This document shows positions 47,979 through 58,268 of a stretch of 64,000 nt of DNA, one piece after another. Each line of letters opens with the position of its first letter. The stretch's first letter is position 1. The DNA is from an uncultured Candidatus Saccharibacteria bacterium. GTDB taxonomy: Bacteria > Patescibacteriota > Minisyncoccia > Phycocordibacterales > UBA9973. The notes under the pieces are model-generated. The model was not told the origin of the DNA. It saw only the letters and a program-made list of their open reading frames with translations, and did no database searches. A program made the translations under genes and the position numbers. The DNA lies in NCBI GenBank assembly GCA_964385945.1, contig CAYLQJ010000001.1, positions 8,034 to 72,033 on the forward strand. Direction: 5' to 3'.

Positions 47979-48090
47979 ATTTATTACTTTAATGTCTTAA
48001 GTAAACTTTTATTGACTGCCCAAAACTAATTTCAAGGCGTGGATAGTCAATATATCCTGCCAACAATTTAGTAAGATTTTTCTTAAATAA

Positions 48091-48462
48091 TTATTTCTTT
48101 ATTTGAAAACTTGTTAACTCTGGCTCCCATGGTCCATTACATGATTTATGTGTTAATTTTAGATCCTTGTTAAATATAAAAGCAACTCCGGTATTACTGA
48201 CCCATTTTTCGCTTACATATGGTACAGATAAATGAATTTCTTCATTATTAATACGAACTGTAGGATAGTATTTATTTAATTTTTCTGAAACCACTACAAA
48301 ATCATCAGAAATATTTATAGTATTACAGACTTCAATTAAATCAAGACTTTTTCCTTTGTTCAATTTAAAATTTATATTTTCTTGATGCAAATTAAGAATT
48401 ACAGCCAAAAGAATATTTTCGATAATAAGTATCACTACAAATAACATTATATAATTTTTCAT
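48091..48462 (-). CDS. putative immunity protein of RHS toxin
   Basis: 123 aa, N-terminal TM helix, start 1 nt after the RHS stop. Confidence 0.4.
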   Translation of the reverse strand: MKNYIMLFVVILIIENILLAVILNLHQENINFKLNKGKSLDLIEVCNTINISDDFVVVSEKLNKYYPTVRINNEEIHLSVPYVSEKWVSNTGVAFIFNKDLKLTHKSCNGPWEPELTSFQIKK

Positions 48463-48463
48463 A

Positions 48464-51400
48464 TTAATTTCCTTTTATTTTATTAATAATTGTTCTAACT
48501 CCATTGGAAACCGCTTGAGTTGCCCTATTTATTGCACCACCAACTTGTCGCCCAGTTTCTCGAGAGCCATAATTACTTACAGCCGATAAATTTGCAGCTC
48601 CCATTGTACCATTTGCTTTAACATAATTACTTGGAATTGCTTGTCCGTAACCTGGATCAATGCCTGGAGCATTACCATTCCATGGCAAGTTTTCAACTCC
48701 TGCCCCACGAAGAAGTGTTGTCGCAAAATTATTTGAATTATATCCGTTATTTACAAATGGATCATATGCTGCATCTTCATTATACGCATTATATTGGTTA
48801 GTAATATTTTTAATAAATTCTGTATCAGAAACACCTGATGGCATTTGAACCTGAACAGTCGATTTCATTTTACCTTTCTGCTGATCTGGCATAGAATACC
48901 CGTTTTGAACCACAGAAACGTCACTAGGCGCATTTCTACCTTTAATTAGGTTGCCATTATCACCAGCATAACCTCCGAGCGTCCAAGCATCTCCAGATTT
49001 CATACCGAAATCTCCCGGATTATTGGGTGCTATCAAAAGAAAAACATGAGTTCCTGCACTATTATTTTCTATTTCTTTTGAAACCGCATATACACTTCTT
49101 CCCGTTGGGTCACTTAGTGTAATAGGATTATTCCTTGCATATGCATATGAGTTTTGATTTTGTGGGTCGAGCAACCAATCTAGTGAAGTAACCCAAAACT
49201 CAGGATCCTGGCTTATAAACTGACCTCTAGCCCCGTTGTAGTAACGGGCGTTAAGATAAGATAATTGTGTGTCTTCGTCATACTCCTGTCCTATATACTG
49301 CTTAGCATTTGTAAATGATCCTGAAGAAATTCTTTGGTCTCCATAAGGGAAGTAATCTAACAATTCAACTTGTGCCCCTGTGTCATCTGTTACTACATTT
49401 GTACCTCCAAGGTGATCAGTGTGAACATAATACGGGCTTACGACAGTGCTTATTGTTTCAATTGTTGAAACAAGAGCATCCCCAGCATAAATACTTTTTG
49501 TTTCTTTTCCTGACGGGTCCACATTGTATAGCTTGTTCGCATAATAAGTATTATCACTATCATTCTTTGCTCTAACTCTTTGTCCCTCATGGTCATACCA
49601 GTATTCCAGCACATCAACACCATTATCTGATTCTATCAATTGTTGTTTATAATTCCAAGTGTTTGCAAGAGTTTCATCATCTAAGAGGTTTCCATCTTTG
49701 TCGTAAGTGTAGGTAATCTCTCCTGATGGTGCATGCACCACAACGGTGCGTATTTTACCTGGAGCTGAGTTACCAATAGAATCTTCGACATTATAAATAA
49801 GCTGATATGTACCTGCGATTGCAGTATTAACTGTTCCAGTTACATCAACATCACCAGTAATAGTTCCGTCTTCAGTGTCAGCTGCTGAATATCCTGGCTC
49901 GGTCCATGTATCATTAACATCTAAATCAATTAGATCAGAACCAGTAAGTGTGATGACAGGATTGTCATTTGGAGGAGGTACAGAAGAAGCTACTACAGTA
50001 AATGTACCACTACTAGTAAATTTATGAATTGTATATGCTCCAGATGTACTTACTGTACCACCAGTAGATGTATTAGAAACACCATCACTACCATCAGTTT
50101 TATAAGTAACTATAACTATACCTGAACCACCATTTTGACTACCACTATAACCATTACCACCTCCACCACCACCTGTATTAGAGGTTCCAGACTCACCAGA
50201 ATAACTTCCATCACCTCCACCACAAGTGCCATCTCCTGGACTACCACCATTTCTAACTCCACCTCCACCACCTGCATAACATACACTTGTTCCACTTATA
50301 TCAGTAGTAAAACCTGGACCACCATTAGATGCAGGGGCACTCGATCCTCCTGTTTGCCCTGCTCCTGTTGCACCTCCTCCACCTCCAGAATTTAACCAAG
50401 AGCCTCCTCCAGCATAACCTTGTCCACTTGTTCCACTACCTCCTGAACCATCTGCTGAACCACCTCCACCAGAACCTCCAGAATTTCCATGTTTACTTCC
50501 TGCTGACAAAGAACCGCCTCTACCTCCCCCAACAGCTGTCAAACTACTGAAAACAGAATTTCCCCCATTAGACCAACTATTACCACCACTTCCAACAGTT
50601 ATTGAATAAGCCTGAGCTGTTACAGAATGAGAAGTATGATAAAGCACACCACCTGCTCCACCTCCACCACTATAGTACATAGATGCTTGTCCACCCGAAC
50701 CTCCTCCAGCAACTACTAATGCTTTTACAGATAGAGAAGGTGGAACATATGGGTCATGAACTACAATAGTACGTATTTTACCAGGTGCAGGGGCATCTGC
50801 TGAGTCTTCAACGTTATAAATCAATTGATACACTCCAGAGACAGCAGTATTGACCGATCCTGTTACTGTTACATCACTAGTGATTGTCCCATCTTCAAAG
50901 TCAGATGCAGAATATCCTGGTTCTGTCCATGTGTCATTCACATTTAAATCAATTAAACTACTTCCAGACAGAGTAATTGTTGGATTGTTGTTGGATACTA
51001 CATCATTAATAAATGTAATAGCATGTGGATTAGCATAATTTGATCCTGTTGAGCCAGCATATGTATATGACCCCAAAGGACTTGATGTTATATTTCCAAT
51101 AGCATCATAAAAATAAGATTGAATATAAGTAGATTGACCACCAGCAACACTTGTAGCAGTTGCTGAGGTCATACGATTTAAATCGTCGTAAACATACGCA
51201 ACTGTTTTTGAAGCATCAGTATTAGAATTATCTATAATTTGAGTAATGTTTCCATTTTCATCGTAGGTATAAGCAATATCTTGGAAAATAGTGGTGGATG
51301 GAATAGAATATGTGACTTCAAGTTTTGGATCGGAAGAAGTGCCTGAATATTCTCCAGCTCTAATAATAAGGTAATTGTTTTGACCAGAAGTTCCAGTAAA

Positions 51401-54400
51401 TGGACTGTCTATAACATCGTGACCTTCACGTAACCCCAATTTAGTAAAACCAGTTTTGTTTACCCACCCTTTACCAGTAGTATTTAAATTAAATGTAAGA
51501 TATGCGCTGGTGGAAACACTAGTAATATCTTTCCTTTCTCCAGTGTCGACACCTTCTGTAGGATTATTTATACTTCCAGCAAGATCAAAATCTGAATTTG
51601 CAAGTGCTGTATTACTTGGTTGCGACGTTTGAACCACTGTTACCCAATCATCTCCGTCGTTATCATTATTAAGTTTAGAATTAATATATGTTTTTAGTTT
51701 TGCATCAGAAATTACTGCATCATCAGGCAAAGAGGAAGTATCAAAAGGTAGAAAAGCTCTACGAATTCGATAACTTGTAGCACTTGCTTTTCCATTACCA
51801 GTATAAAATGTAGTACCGGTATAGCTTGAAACAACTCCCGACGTGGCGTCGTGTCCAGTATCCCAATTTGTATTGTCATTATATACATATCCATCACCCG
51901 CAGCAGGATAAAAAGTAACAGTTGTTGGTGTCCCGCCACTATAATATGAAGTATATTTTCGAGTTAATCTGTATATTTTAGTTTCATCATATGTATTTGT
52001 AGTGTTAGTTCCGTTAGAATTCATCTGATAAGTTATTTTTCCATGCGGTCCATAATCAAAATCAGAAACTACATCAGTATATGAGCCACCATTTTCTTTT
52101 CTCTCAACTTTCTCTAATTGCCCAGCAGTATTATAGGTGTATTTAATTTGAGCACTATCAGGATAAGTGATAACTAATTTGTTCCCAAGACGATCGTATG
52201 TGTGGGAGGTGGTGTACGCATTGCTGTTAATTGTCTTTACCTCACTTACAGTGTTGCCATTTGAATCATAGGTATAATCAGTATCCGCTCCAGCGAGCAT
52301 ATCCACCGCACAAACCTTCCCTATTCCGTTCATGCAAGAATCATATGTGTAAGTAATTTCGGTTCCGCTTCCGACTGTTTCATTTTCGGTAAGCACACGA
52401 TTTATATCATCATAAGTATAGTTCACTGTTTTTGCTTCAGGACTTACTGACTGAATCATATTACTTGCATCATCATATGTGTATGACCAAGAACCAAACG
52501 TAGCATCTCCCGAAGCATGCAAATCTTCAGCGGTTAATCTTCTTCCTAAACCATCATATGTAAAGTTACGGAAGTTGCTTAGAGCATCCGTTATCTTAGT
52601 AAGTTTTTTGTTTAGATTCCATTCGTAGTTCGTGATGTATGTGGACCCGCTATTTACTTCCTCTACTTTGATTAGGTTGTCGTGCGCATCTTTATAATAG
52701 TTCTTCACTTTGCTTCGTGGGTCAGTAGTAGTAGTCTTCCAGTCGTCATAGGTATAGTTTGTAGTACCTACTGCATCTACGACAGTAGAATATCGTTGCA
52801 TTGGATCATAGGTATATGTTTTGTATAGTGCTGTCGTACTAGTAGCTGTAGTTCTAGAAGTCCCGGAAGAATCATAAGGTAAGGATTCTTTTTGAAGTAA
52901 GCCAACATTGTTATACAGATAATCCCGAGCAACATAACTTGATTCACTTTCAGTTCTATCTTGAATCTTTCTATTAAGTCCATCAAGATATGTGTAGCTG
53001 TCCACACTATTTGAACCATCTAGGTTATCTGTCTTCTGTACTGCAACTGCACCAGAGGTATCTGTATATGTATATGCTGTTTTTGTAACTGCAGAATACG
53101 GAGAACCGAAATCAGGAACTTTTTCAGTAAGTACTCTGTCTAGTCCGTCATAGGTTCGTTGGTACACAAAACCATTCGGTTCAGTTACCTGTTTAATATT
53201 TCCTGAAGCATAATCATAGGTGTAATCGGTATCATTTGAAAGCGGATCGGTAACGGTTGCTGGATACAAATAATTTGCATCGTAGGTGTATGAAGTAACT
53301 TTTCCTCGCTCATCGGTGGAAGAAGTAGGAATACCATACGTAGTGTTGTAACCTTTCTGAGTATTTACATAGGTACTACTCACTTTCCATTTTTCAACTT
53401 TAGTTGGATTACCATCAGTTACAGTGCCTAAAGACTGAGCATCATAATATGTTTTGGTTTCTCGAACCTTGGCAGCACTTTGATCTACGACGGTGTCCTG
53501 ATATGGAAGACCTACAATCCAGTCAGTAGTGTTTGCGGTGTAAGTAATTGTCTCTACCGTCTTATCTGTCCCTGTGTCTGTGTAAGATCCGTCATCGCTT
53601 CCCGTGACTTCACCCCACATTGTTTTAGTAGTGATATTTCCATAGGTATCATCATATGTATATTCAGTAGTGGTATCTTTATGATCACTATCGCCGTCGT
53701 ACGACAGAACTGTTGAACGAACTAACTTCACAAAATCTCTTCCTGTTCCTTGATTATATTTATCCCACTTGTTTACGGTTTTTTGATAAATATTGTTGGA
53801 AGTATCTGCTATTTCCGTTCTGTAGATTTTTCCTGCTTTAGAAATATGATCGCTGTATTCTCCCTGTGAAGAATTTGTAGAGTTTCCTTGGTGGAAATAA
53901 TTAGTGGTTTTTGTAGTACCATCATCTTCTATGATTTTTCCGAAACCAGTGATTTTACGATCAAGATGAGTGTTAAAGTAATAGTCGCCTTCCTGGTAGC
54001 TGTACGTTTTGGTAATAGTTGGGTTACTGAAACCGCTTGTTGTCGCTATTTGATAGACCGTATCTAGAACAGCAGGCAGATGAGGATTTAAGGTTGCTCC
54101 ACCACTTGCATACTTAGGTGAACTTTTGTACGTGACTGTGGAAACTCCACCAAATCTGTTCATGATTGTAGAAAGTAAATCTGCTTTTATTCTTTGGTTT
54201 TTAGAAAGAGTTGCTGAGCTCTGAGCACTATCATAAAAATCAAGCATCCCATCACCATCAAAATCAGTTAGACGTGTTACGGGATTAGTAGTTAAGGGTA
54301 TTCCAGCCAAAGGAAATTGCGAATTTGTTGTAAATTGCCACCCTGGGCTCTTATTCAAATATGCACCATTTGTGCTTGTTGACCCAGACAAAATATCTAT

Positions 54401-56449
54401 TAGTCCATCACCGTTTATATCTCCAAAAAGTGTGCCGGTACTTGTAGACAATGAGCCATTATCAGAAACCCCAAAAACAATAGGAGGAGTATAACTTGTG
54501 TCTTCTGACCATGTTTTGTCTCCATTATTTTTGTATGCTATTTTTGTTTCAACATTTGAAGAATTTTTGTGTCCCTTCAAAATATCAACCAGTCCATCTC
54601 CGTTGTAATCCACTAATATAACACCTAGTCTCATATCAACAGGAAGAACCCATCCTGAGTCACTACTCCAACCATTACCAGTGTTTAAAGAAACTGTCGT
54701 CGTAATAGGAGCAGCTCCATTGTTATCCCCTAAAGCATTAATAAAATCAGGAAGTCCATCTCCGTTTATATCTACTAGACGAGTCCCTGTATCATTTGTG
54801 TTCCCAAGGAAAGAACCAGCGGGAGCCCAATTGGAGTCAAGATACCAAGAGGTTCCTTGGTTAATGTACGTGCGAGACACCTGACCACCTCCTGTGTTAC
54901 CACTTTGAACAATGTCAGCCCTTCCGTCACCGTTAACGTCAGCTGCACGGATTCCTTCTTCCATCATATGCCCACCTGGAGCACAAGGACAAGAAAAGGG
55001 AGTAGGAGCATTAAGTGCAGATGTGTAGGTCCAACTTCCGTCACCATCATTTAGATACGTACCTTTTGTCCAGACACCAGCGCTTTCTGTTGATTCCATC
55101 AGGTCAGGAAGAGCATCTCCATTCAAATCAGCAACAATAGCACCGAAGTTAGCAGCAGTATTGATGCTAGCGGAAACAGCAGTACTCCAAGCAAAGTCAG
55201 TCACAAACTCTGACCCCGTACCAGTTGCTTGATAAGTAAAAGCCACCGCTGGTAAGGTCGTCACATTCGACGATTCATCCTGCCCAGATTCTGTAATAGT
55301 ATTCAAAAGAGAACGCTGAGTATTGTCTCCCGTAGTGTACGCAAGCACATATTTATGTCTCCATGTACCACTTACCTTTGATTGAATATCAGTAATTTTA
55401 TAATTTGTGGTAACTCCAAACCCATATTTATTTTGAGTAATTGCATCACTTCTACTGGAACGAGTGAAAACAACACTAAAAATACCGTCTGTTGTGTTGT
55501 TTCCTGTATATGTAATTGTGTCAGGATAAACTTGTCCAGCATCTTTGTAGTACGAATATTCAATATAATTATCATTTGTGTCACGAATTTCTTCAAGCAT
55601 CCATCGTCCAACATTTGAAGAATTACCAGTATCATCTTCTCTTGAATTTGAAGTAAGTCCAAATTTATATACTGTTCCCTGCTTATCGGTCACGGTCCAA
55701 ACATTTGAAGACAGAGAATACTTTAAGAAATCTCCATTTTCAGTTTTTGGAGCATAGTCACCACCTGAAGTATTTACGAGTTCACCCGAAAGAGACGAAT
55801 TAAAATAGTTATCTGTGTACAACTTCTCAATTCCACTTTTATTTACTCTCTCAATGTATGGAATATTAACAGACCAGCCATAACCAAAAATAGATGCCTG
55901 ATCAGCATCTTGACTTGAGTATTTAAGAGAAACTTTTGGATTCAATCCATTTCTTCCTGGAGGAACAGTAAGTGGGTACTCGTATGTTAACCCCCCTGTT
56001 GATTGATCTGTTTGAGGTAAACTTAAATTAGTAGCATCACGAGTGTCTCCAAAGAAACCTCCGGAACTTTGAGACATCATCATCTGCGGTTCTTCTTCCT
56101 CGTTTACAGGAATCACCTCTTCTGCTGGTTCATCTGTAATCTCTGGAGTAATGACATCTTCCTTTACTGGGCCAGTATCTAATATATCTTTTATAGTTTC
56201 TTCATTTGATTCTATGGGATTATTTACTGGTTCACCTAACACTTGTTCGATATCAGTTGAAGTATCTAAAATAACAGGATCATTGATTTCTGCACTTAAA
56301 GAAGGTTGCTCAATTTGAGTTGTTTCTGTTTGGATTACATCCACCGCCTCTTGGGCAAAAACCTGAGCTACAGGAGAAACAAAAAGAGAGATTATTAAAA
56401 GAGAACTAAAAACTTTTTGTAGAAACCGAACAGGAGCAGATGATTTCAT
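48464..56449 (-). CDS. secreted polymorphic toxin: SpvB/TcB-like N-domain + FG-GAP/VCBS beta-propeller + RHS/YD repeats + 2x DUF5011 Ig-like domains flanking a Gly-rich tract + RHS core + variable C-terminal toxin domain
   Basis: Signal peptide; SpvB-like region (GGLTYEYPL...); DINGDGLPD/DVNGDGRAD/DYNGDGLVD FG-GAP repeats; many YD repeats (YTYD.., RYxYD); duplicated ITL(S/T)GS.LIDL.VNDTWTEPGYSA.D.EDGTIT...; core end ...YYNGARGQFISQDPEF...ARNNPITLSDPTGRS (DPxG) at ~49101-49111, then a 211-aa C-terminal domain. Confidence 0.85.
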   Translation of the reverse strand: MKSSAPVRFLQKVFSSLLIISLFVSPVAQVFAQEAVDVIQTETTQIEQPSLSAEINDPVILDTSTDIEQVLGEPVNNPIESNEETIKDILDTGPVKEDVITPEITDEPAEEVIPVNEEEEPQMMMSQSSGGFFGDTRDATNLSLPQTDQSTGGLTYEYPLTVPPGRNGLNPKVSLKYSSQDADQASIFGYGWSVNIPYIERVNKSGIEKLYTDNYFNSSLSGELVNTSGGDYAPKTENGDFLKYSLSSNVWTVTDKQGTVYKFGLTSNSREDDTGNSSNVGRWMLEEIRDTNDNYIEYSYYKDAGQVYPDTITYTGNNTTDGIFSVVFTRSSRSDAITQNKYGFGVTTNYKITDIQSKVSGTWRHKYVLAYTTGDNTQRSLLNTITESGQDESSNVTTLPAVAFTYQATGTGSEFVTDFAWSTAVSASINTAANFGAIVADLNGDALPDLMESTESAGVWTKGTYLNDGDGSWTYTSALNAPTPFSCPCAPGGHMMEEGIRAADVNGDGRADIVQSGNTGGGQVSRTYINQGTSWYLDSNWAPAGSFLGNTNDTGTRLVDINGDGLPDFINALGDNNGAAPITTTVSLNTGNGWSSDSGWVLPVDMRLGVILVDYNGDGLVDILKGHKNSSNVETKIAYKNNGDKTWSEDTSYTPPIVFGVSDNGSLSTSTGTLFGDINGDGLIDILSGSTSTNGAYLNKSPGWQFTTNSQFPLAGIPLTTNPVTRLTDFDGDGMLDFYDSAQSSATLSKNQRIKADLLSTIMNRFGGVSTVTYKSSPKYASGGATLNPHLPAVLDTVYQIATTSGFSNPTITKTYSYQEGDYYFNTHLDRKITGFGKIIEDDGTTKTTNYFHQGNSTNSSQGEYSDHISKAGKIYRTEIADTSNNIYQKTVNKWDKYNQGTGRDFVKLVRSTVLSYDGDSDHKDTTTEYTYDDTYGNITTKTMWGEVTGSDDGSYTDTGTDKTVETITYTANTTDWIVGLPYQDTVVDQSAAKVRETKTYYDAQSLGTVTDGNPTKVEKWKVSSTYVNTQKGYNTTYGIPTSSTDERGKVTSYTYDANYLYPATVTDPLSNDTDYTYDYASGNIKQVTEPNGFVYQRTYDGLDRVLTEKVPDFGSPYSAVTKTAYTYTDTSGAVAVQKTDNLDGSNSVDSYTYLDGLNRKIQDRTESESSYVARDYLYNNVGLLQKESLPYDSSGTSRTTATSTTALYKTYTYDPMQRYSTVVDAVGTTNYTYDDWKTTTTDPRSKVKNYYKDAHDNLIKVEEVNSGSTYITNYEWNLNKKLTKITDALSNFRNFTYDGLGRRLTAEDLHASGDATFGSWSYTYDDASNMIQSVSPEAKTVNYTYDDINRVLTENETVGSGTEITYTYDSCMNGIGKVCAVDMLAGADTDYTYDSNGNTVSEVKTINSNAYTTSHTYDRLGNKLVITYPDSAQIKYTYNTAGQLEKVERKENGGSYTDVVSDFDYGPHGKITYQMNSNGTNTTNTYDETKIYRLTRKYTSYYSGGTPTTVTFYPAAGDGYVYNDNTNWDTGHDATSGVVSSYTGTTFYTGNGKASATSYRIRRAFLPFDTSSLPDDAVISDAKLKTYINSKLNNDNDGDDWVTVVQTSQPSNTALANSDFDLAGSINNPTEGVDTGERKDITSVSTSAYLTFNLNTTGKGWVNKTGFTKLGLREGHDVIDSPFTGTSGQNNYLIIRAGEYSGTSSDPKLEVTYSIPSTTIFQDIAYTYDENGNITQIIDNSNTDASKTVAYVYDDLNRMTSATATSVAGGQSTYIQSYFYDAIGNITSSPLGSYTYAGSTGSNYANPHAITFINDVVSNNNPTITLSGSSLIDLNVNDTWTEPGYSASDFEDGTITSDVTVTGSVNTAVSGVYQLIYNVEDSADAPAPGKIRTIVVHDPYVPPSLSVKALVVAGGGSGGQASMYYSGGGGAGGVLYHTSHSVTAQAYSITVGSGGNSWSNGGNSVFSSLTAVGGGRGGSLSAGSKHGNSGGSGGGGSADGSGGSGTSGQGYAGGGSWLNSGGGGGATGAGQTGGSSAPASNGGPGFTTDISGTSVCYAGGGGGVRNGGSPGDGTCGGGDGSYSGESGTSNTGGGGGGNGYSGSQNGGSGIVIVTYKTDGSDGVSNTSTGGTVSTSGAYTIHKFTSSGTFTVVASSVPPPNDNPVITLTGSDLIDLDVNDTWTEPGYSAADTEDGTITGDVDVTGTVNTAIAGTYQLIYNVEDSIGNSAPGKIRTVVVHAPSGEITYTYDKDGNLLDDETLANTWNYKQQLIESDNGVDVLEYWYDHEGQRVRAKNDSDNTYYANKLYNVDPSGKETKSIYAGDALVSTIETISTVVSPYYVHTDHLGGTNVVTDDTGAQVELLDYFPYGDQRISSGSFTNAKQYIGQEYDEDTQLSYLNARYYNGARGQFISQDPEFWVTSLDWLLDPQNQNSYAYARNNPITLSDPTGRSVYAVSKEIENNSAGTHVFLLIAPNNPGDFGMKSGDAWTLGGYAGDNGNLIKGRNAPSDVSVVQNGYSMPDQQKGKMKSTVQVQMPSGVSDTEFIKNITNQYNAYNEDAAYDPFVNNGYNSNNFATTLLRGAGVENLPWNGNAPGIDPGYGQAIPSNYVKANGTMGAANLSAVSNYGSRETGRQVGGAINRATQAVSNGVRTIINKIKGN
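49738..50998 (-). repeat. internal tandem duplication of a DUF5011-like Ig domain (49738-49985 and 50752-50998) flanking a Gly/Ser-rich low-complexity tract
   Basis: The two ~82-aa segments are ~75% identical at protein level. The intervening DNA is full of CCACCTCCACC-type direct repeats. Confidence 0.7.
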
Positions 56450-56685
56450 ATATTTAATTTGTTAATTATTTATAATAACTATTAAACAAATTATATCTGA
56501 TAAAAAGGAAAAGACAATGTACGTACTAAAACAACGTTTTTAAAGAGAATTAACAACTTTTACGATGTACTAGTACACTAAAGGTTCGTAAACTTTAATA
56601 CTACGGATAATTCTGTAAAAATGGCTGAATCGGGCTAGGGTTTTGATATTTCCATTTCTAAACACACTAATGTAAAATCATATAT

Positions 56686-57444
56686 ATGCCCCCCGAAAGA
56701 TTTCTGTACCCAACAAAAGACCTTAGATATAAAATCTGTGAGTTCTTGATTGATAAAAGAATAAAGACACCTGGTCTTGGTAATATATTAAAAATTAAAG
56801 GCGAAGAGATAAGAGATTTGCTTGAATTTGCAATTACTTCTAATGGGAATACTCGTGAAGATGTTTTTATAGAGGAATTAATCCACATAGAGGACGAGGT
56901 GTTTAATGATACCAAATTACTGATAATAGAAAATAAAGAAGTGTTAAATAATTTTGATCAATGGATAAGAGGAGGGTCTGTTCTGAAGGTTAGATGTGAT
57001 AGTAAAATGTTAGAAAATTATATATCAGAATTAAAAAATAGAACACGAGTCGCTCTTAGAAATTTAGGTTTAGCTGAAATAAAACCATTACCTAGTGGTG
57101 GGATAGAAGTTATTTTAGGTGACAAAGAAATGAAAGTTCACATGACCAAAAAACATGATTTTAATTTATATATTACAATTATTCAACTTACGAGTGGGGC
57201 AGTAATTACAATGAATGGGAATGAACGCATTCTAGAAAAGAACTACAAAAAAGGTGATCACATTTCTTATAATCAATTACTTGAAATTTTAAGAAGTATT
57301 GAGGGCAATGAGAATACAGACGAATCCAAAATTAATGACAAATCAATAAAAGATGCAATAAGATACATAAACAGTAGAGCGGAAACAGAACTTGGTATAT
57401 CCTTATTGGAGAAAGATAAAACAGGTTTAAAGTGGGTTAGATAG
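56686..57444 (+). CDS. hypothetical protein, divergent from RHS gene
   Basis: 252-aa ORF, no motif recognised, followed by a terminator. Confidence 0.35.
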   Translation: MPPERFLYPTKDLRYKICEFLIDKRIKTPGLGNILKIKGEEIRDLLEFAITSNGNTREDVFIEELIHIEDEVFNDTKLLIIENKEVLNNFDQWIRGGSVLKVRCDSKMLENYISELKNRTRVALRNLGLAEIKPLPSGGIEVILGDKEMKVHMTKKHDFNLYITIIQLTSGAVITMNGNERILEKNYKKGDHISYNQLLEILRSIEGNENTDESKINDKSIKDAIRYINSRAETELGISLLEKDKTGLKWVR

Positions 57445-57469
57445 ATTCTATATTGAAATATCAAATTAA

Positions 57470-57499
57470 AAAACACCGACGCAATGTTGGTGTTTTTTA
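57470..57499 (+). terminator. rho-independent terminator
   Basis: AACACCGAC-GCAAT-GTTGGTGTT then TTTTTT. Confidence 0.6.
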
Positions 57500-57623
57500 A
57501 TTTTACTCACCTTAACTCACTTTACTCACTAGCCTAAATGCATACTAAAAAAATTACTTTATTTTAGATAGTCGTAATTAAAAGTAAAAGGAATAAAGAA
57601 AAAAAGTTATTTAAAAATTAAAT

Positions 57624-57854
57624 ATGAAAACAATTCACTTACTTCTCTGCGAAGCACCGATCTGTGCAGATGACCAAAATCCTAACTTTAAAAATGAGAT
57701 ATCCTGGTTGCCTGGTGAGAAAGTGTGTACAAGAATGCCTTACGAAAAGTTTCAAAAGAAACAACTTGAAATAAATAAGTTGGTTAAGGAAAAAAAGTTT
57801 AAAAATATGGACCGTGGCTATACGGCAAACGAGCTAGAGAATAACTCTATATAG
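57624..57854 (+). CDS. hypothetical small protein
   Basis: 76-aa ORF; weak support. Confidence 0.25.
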   Translation: MKTIHLLLCEAPICADDQNPNFKNEISWLPGEKVCTRMPYEKFQKKQLEINKLVKEKKFKNMDRGYTANELENNSI

Positions 57855-58268
57855 CCTCTGTACGAAAACCCTCCTAAAATTAGCCTTAATTTACAAGGGT
57901 TCAAAATAGGCTCCTCGCATCTAAATTTAAAAAAGGATGTGAGAGGCAGCTTAAGACAAAAATTAACAATCAATTAAACAAAAAAATGAAAAAACAAAAC
58001 AAAAGAGATAACAAATTAATAGAACTAGAAGAGGAATTTTGGGATGCAGAAATTCCAGAGAAAGACGAAGACGGTATTGATATTAACAAACCCTAAAACA
58101 AATTAAAAAGTAGTCGCTTTTAAAAATTACTAATTAACCAAATCATGATTGACTTAGAAGAATTCAAAAAGATATTAGGAGATAAAAATGGATTATCTGA
58201 AGAAGATATCATTAAACTCAAAGAAAATCAGGAAAATATGGCTGAAATATTTTTTAATTCTTGGCTAA

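Noticed and set aside
50135-55662. Numerous 60-100-aa plus-strand ORFs inside the RHS gene (e.g. 50135-50395, 50329-50550, 54681-54884)
   Set aside because: These are shadow ORFs on the antisense of a clearly coding 8-kb gene with low-complexity, codon-periodic composition.
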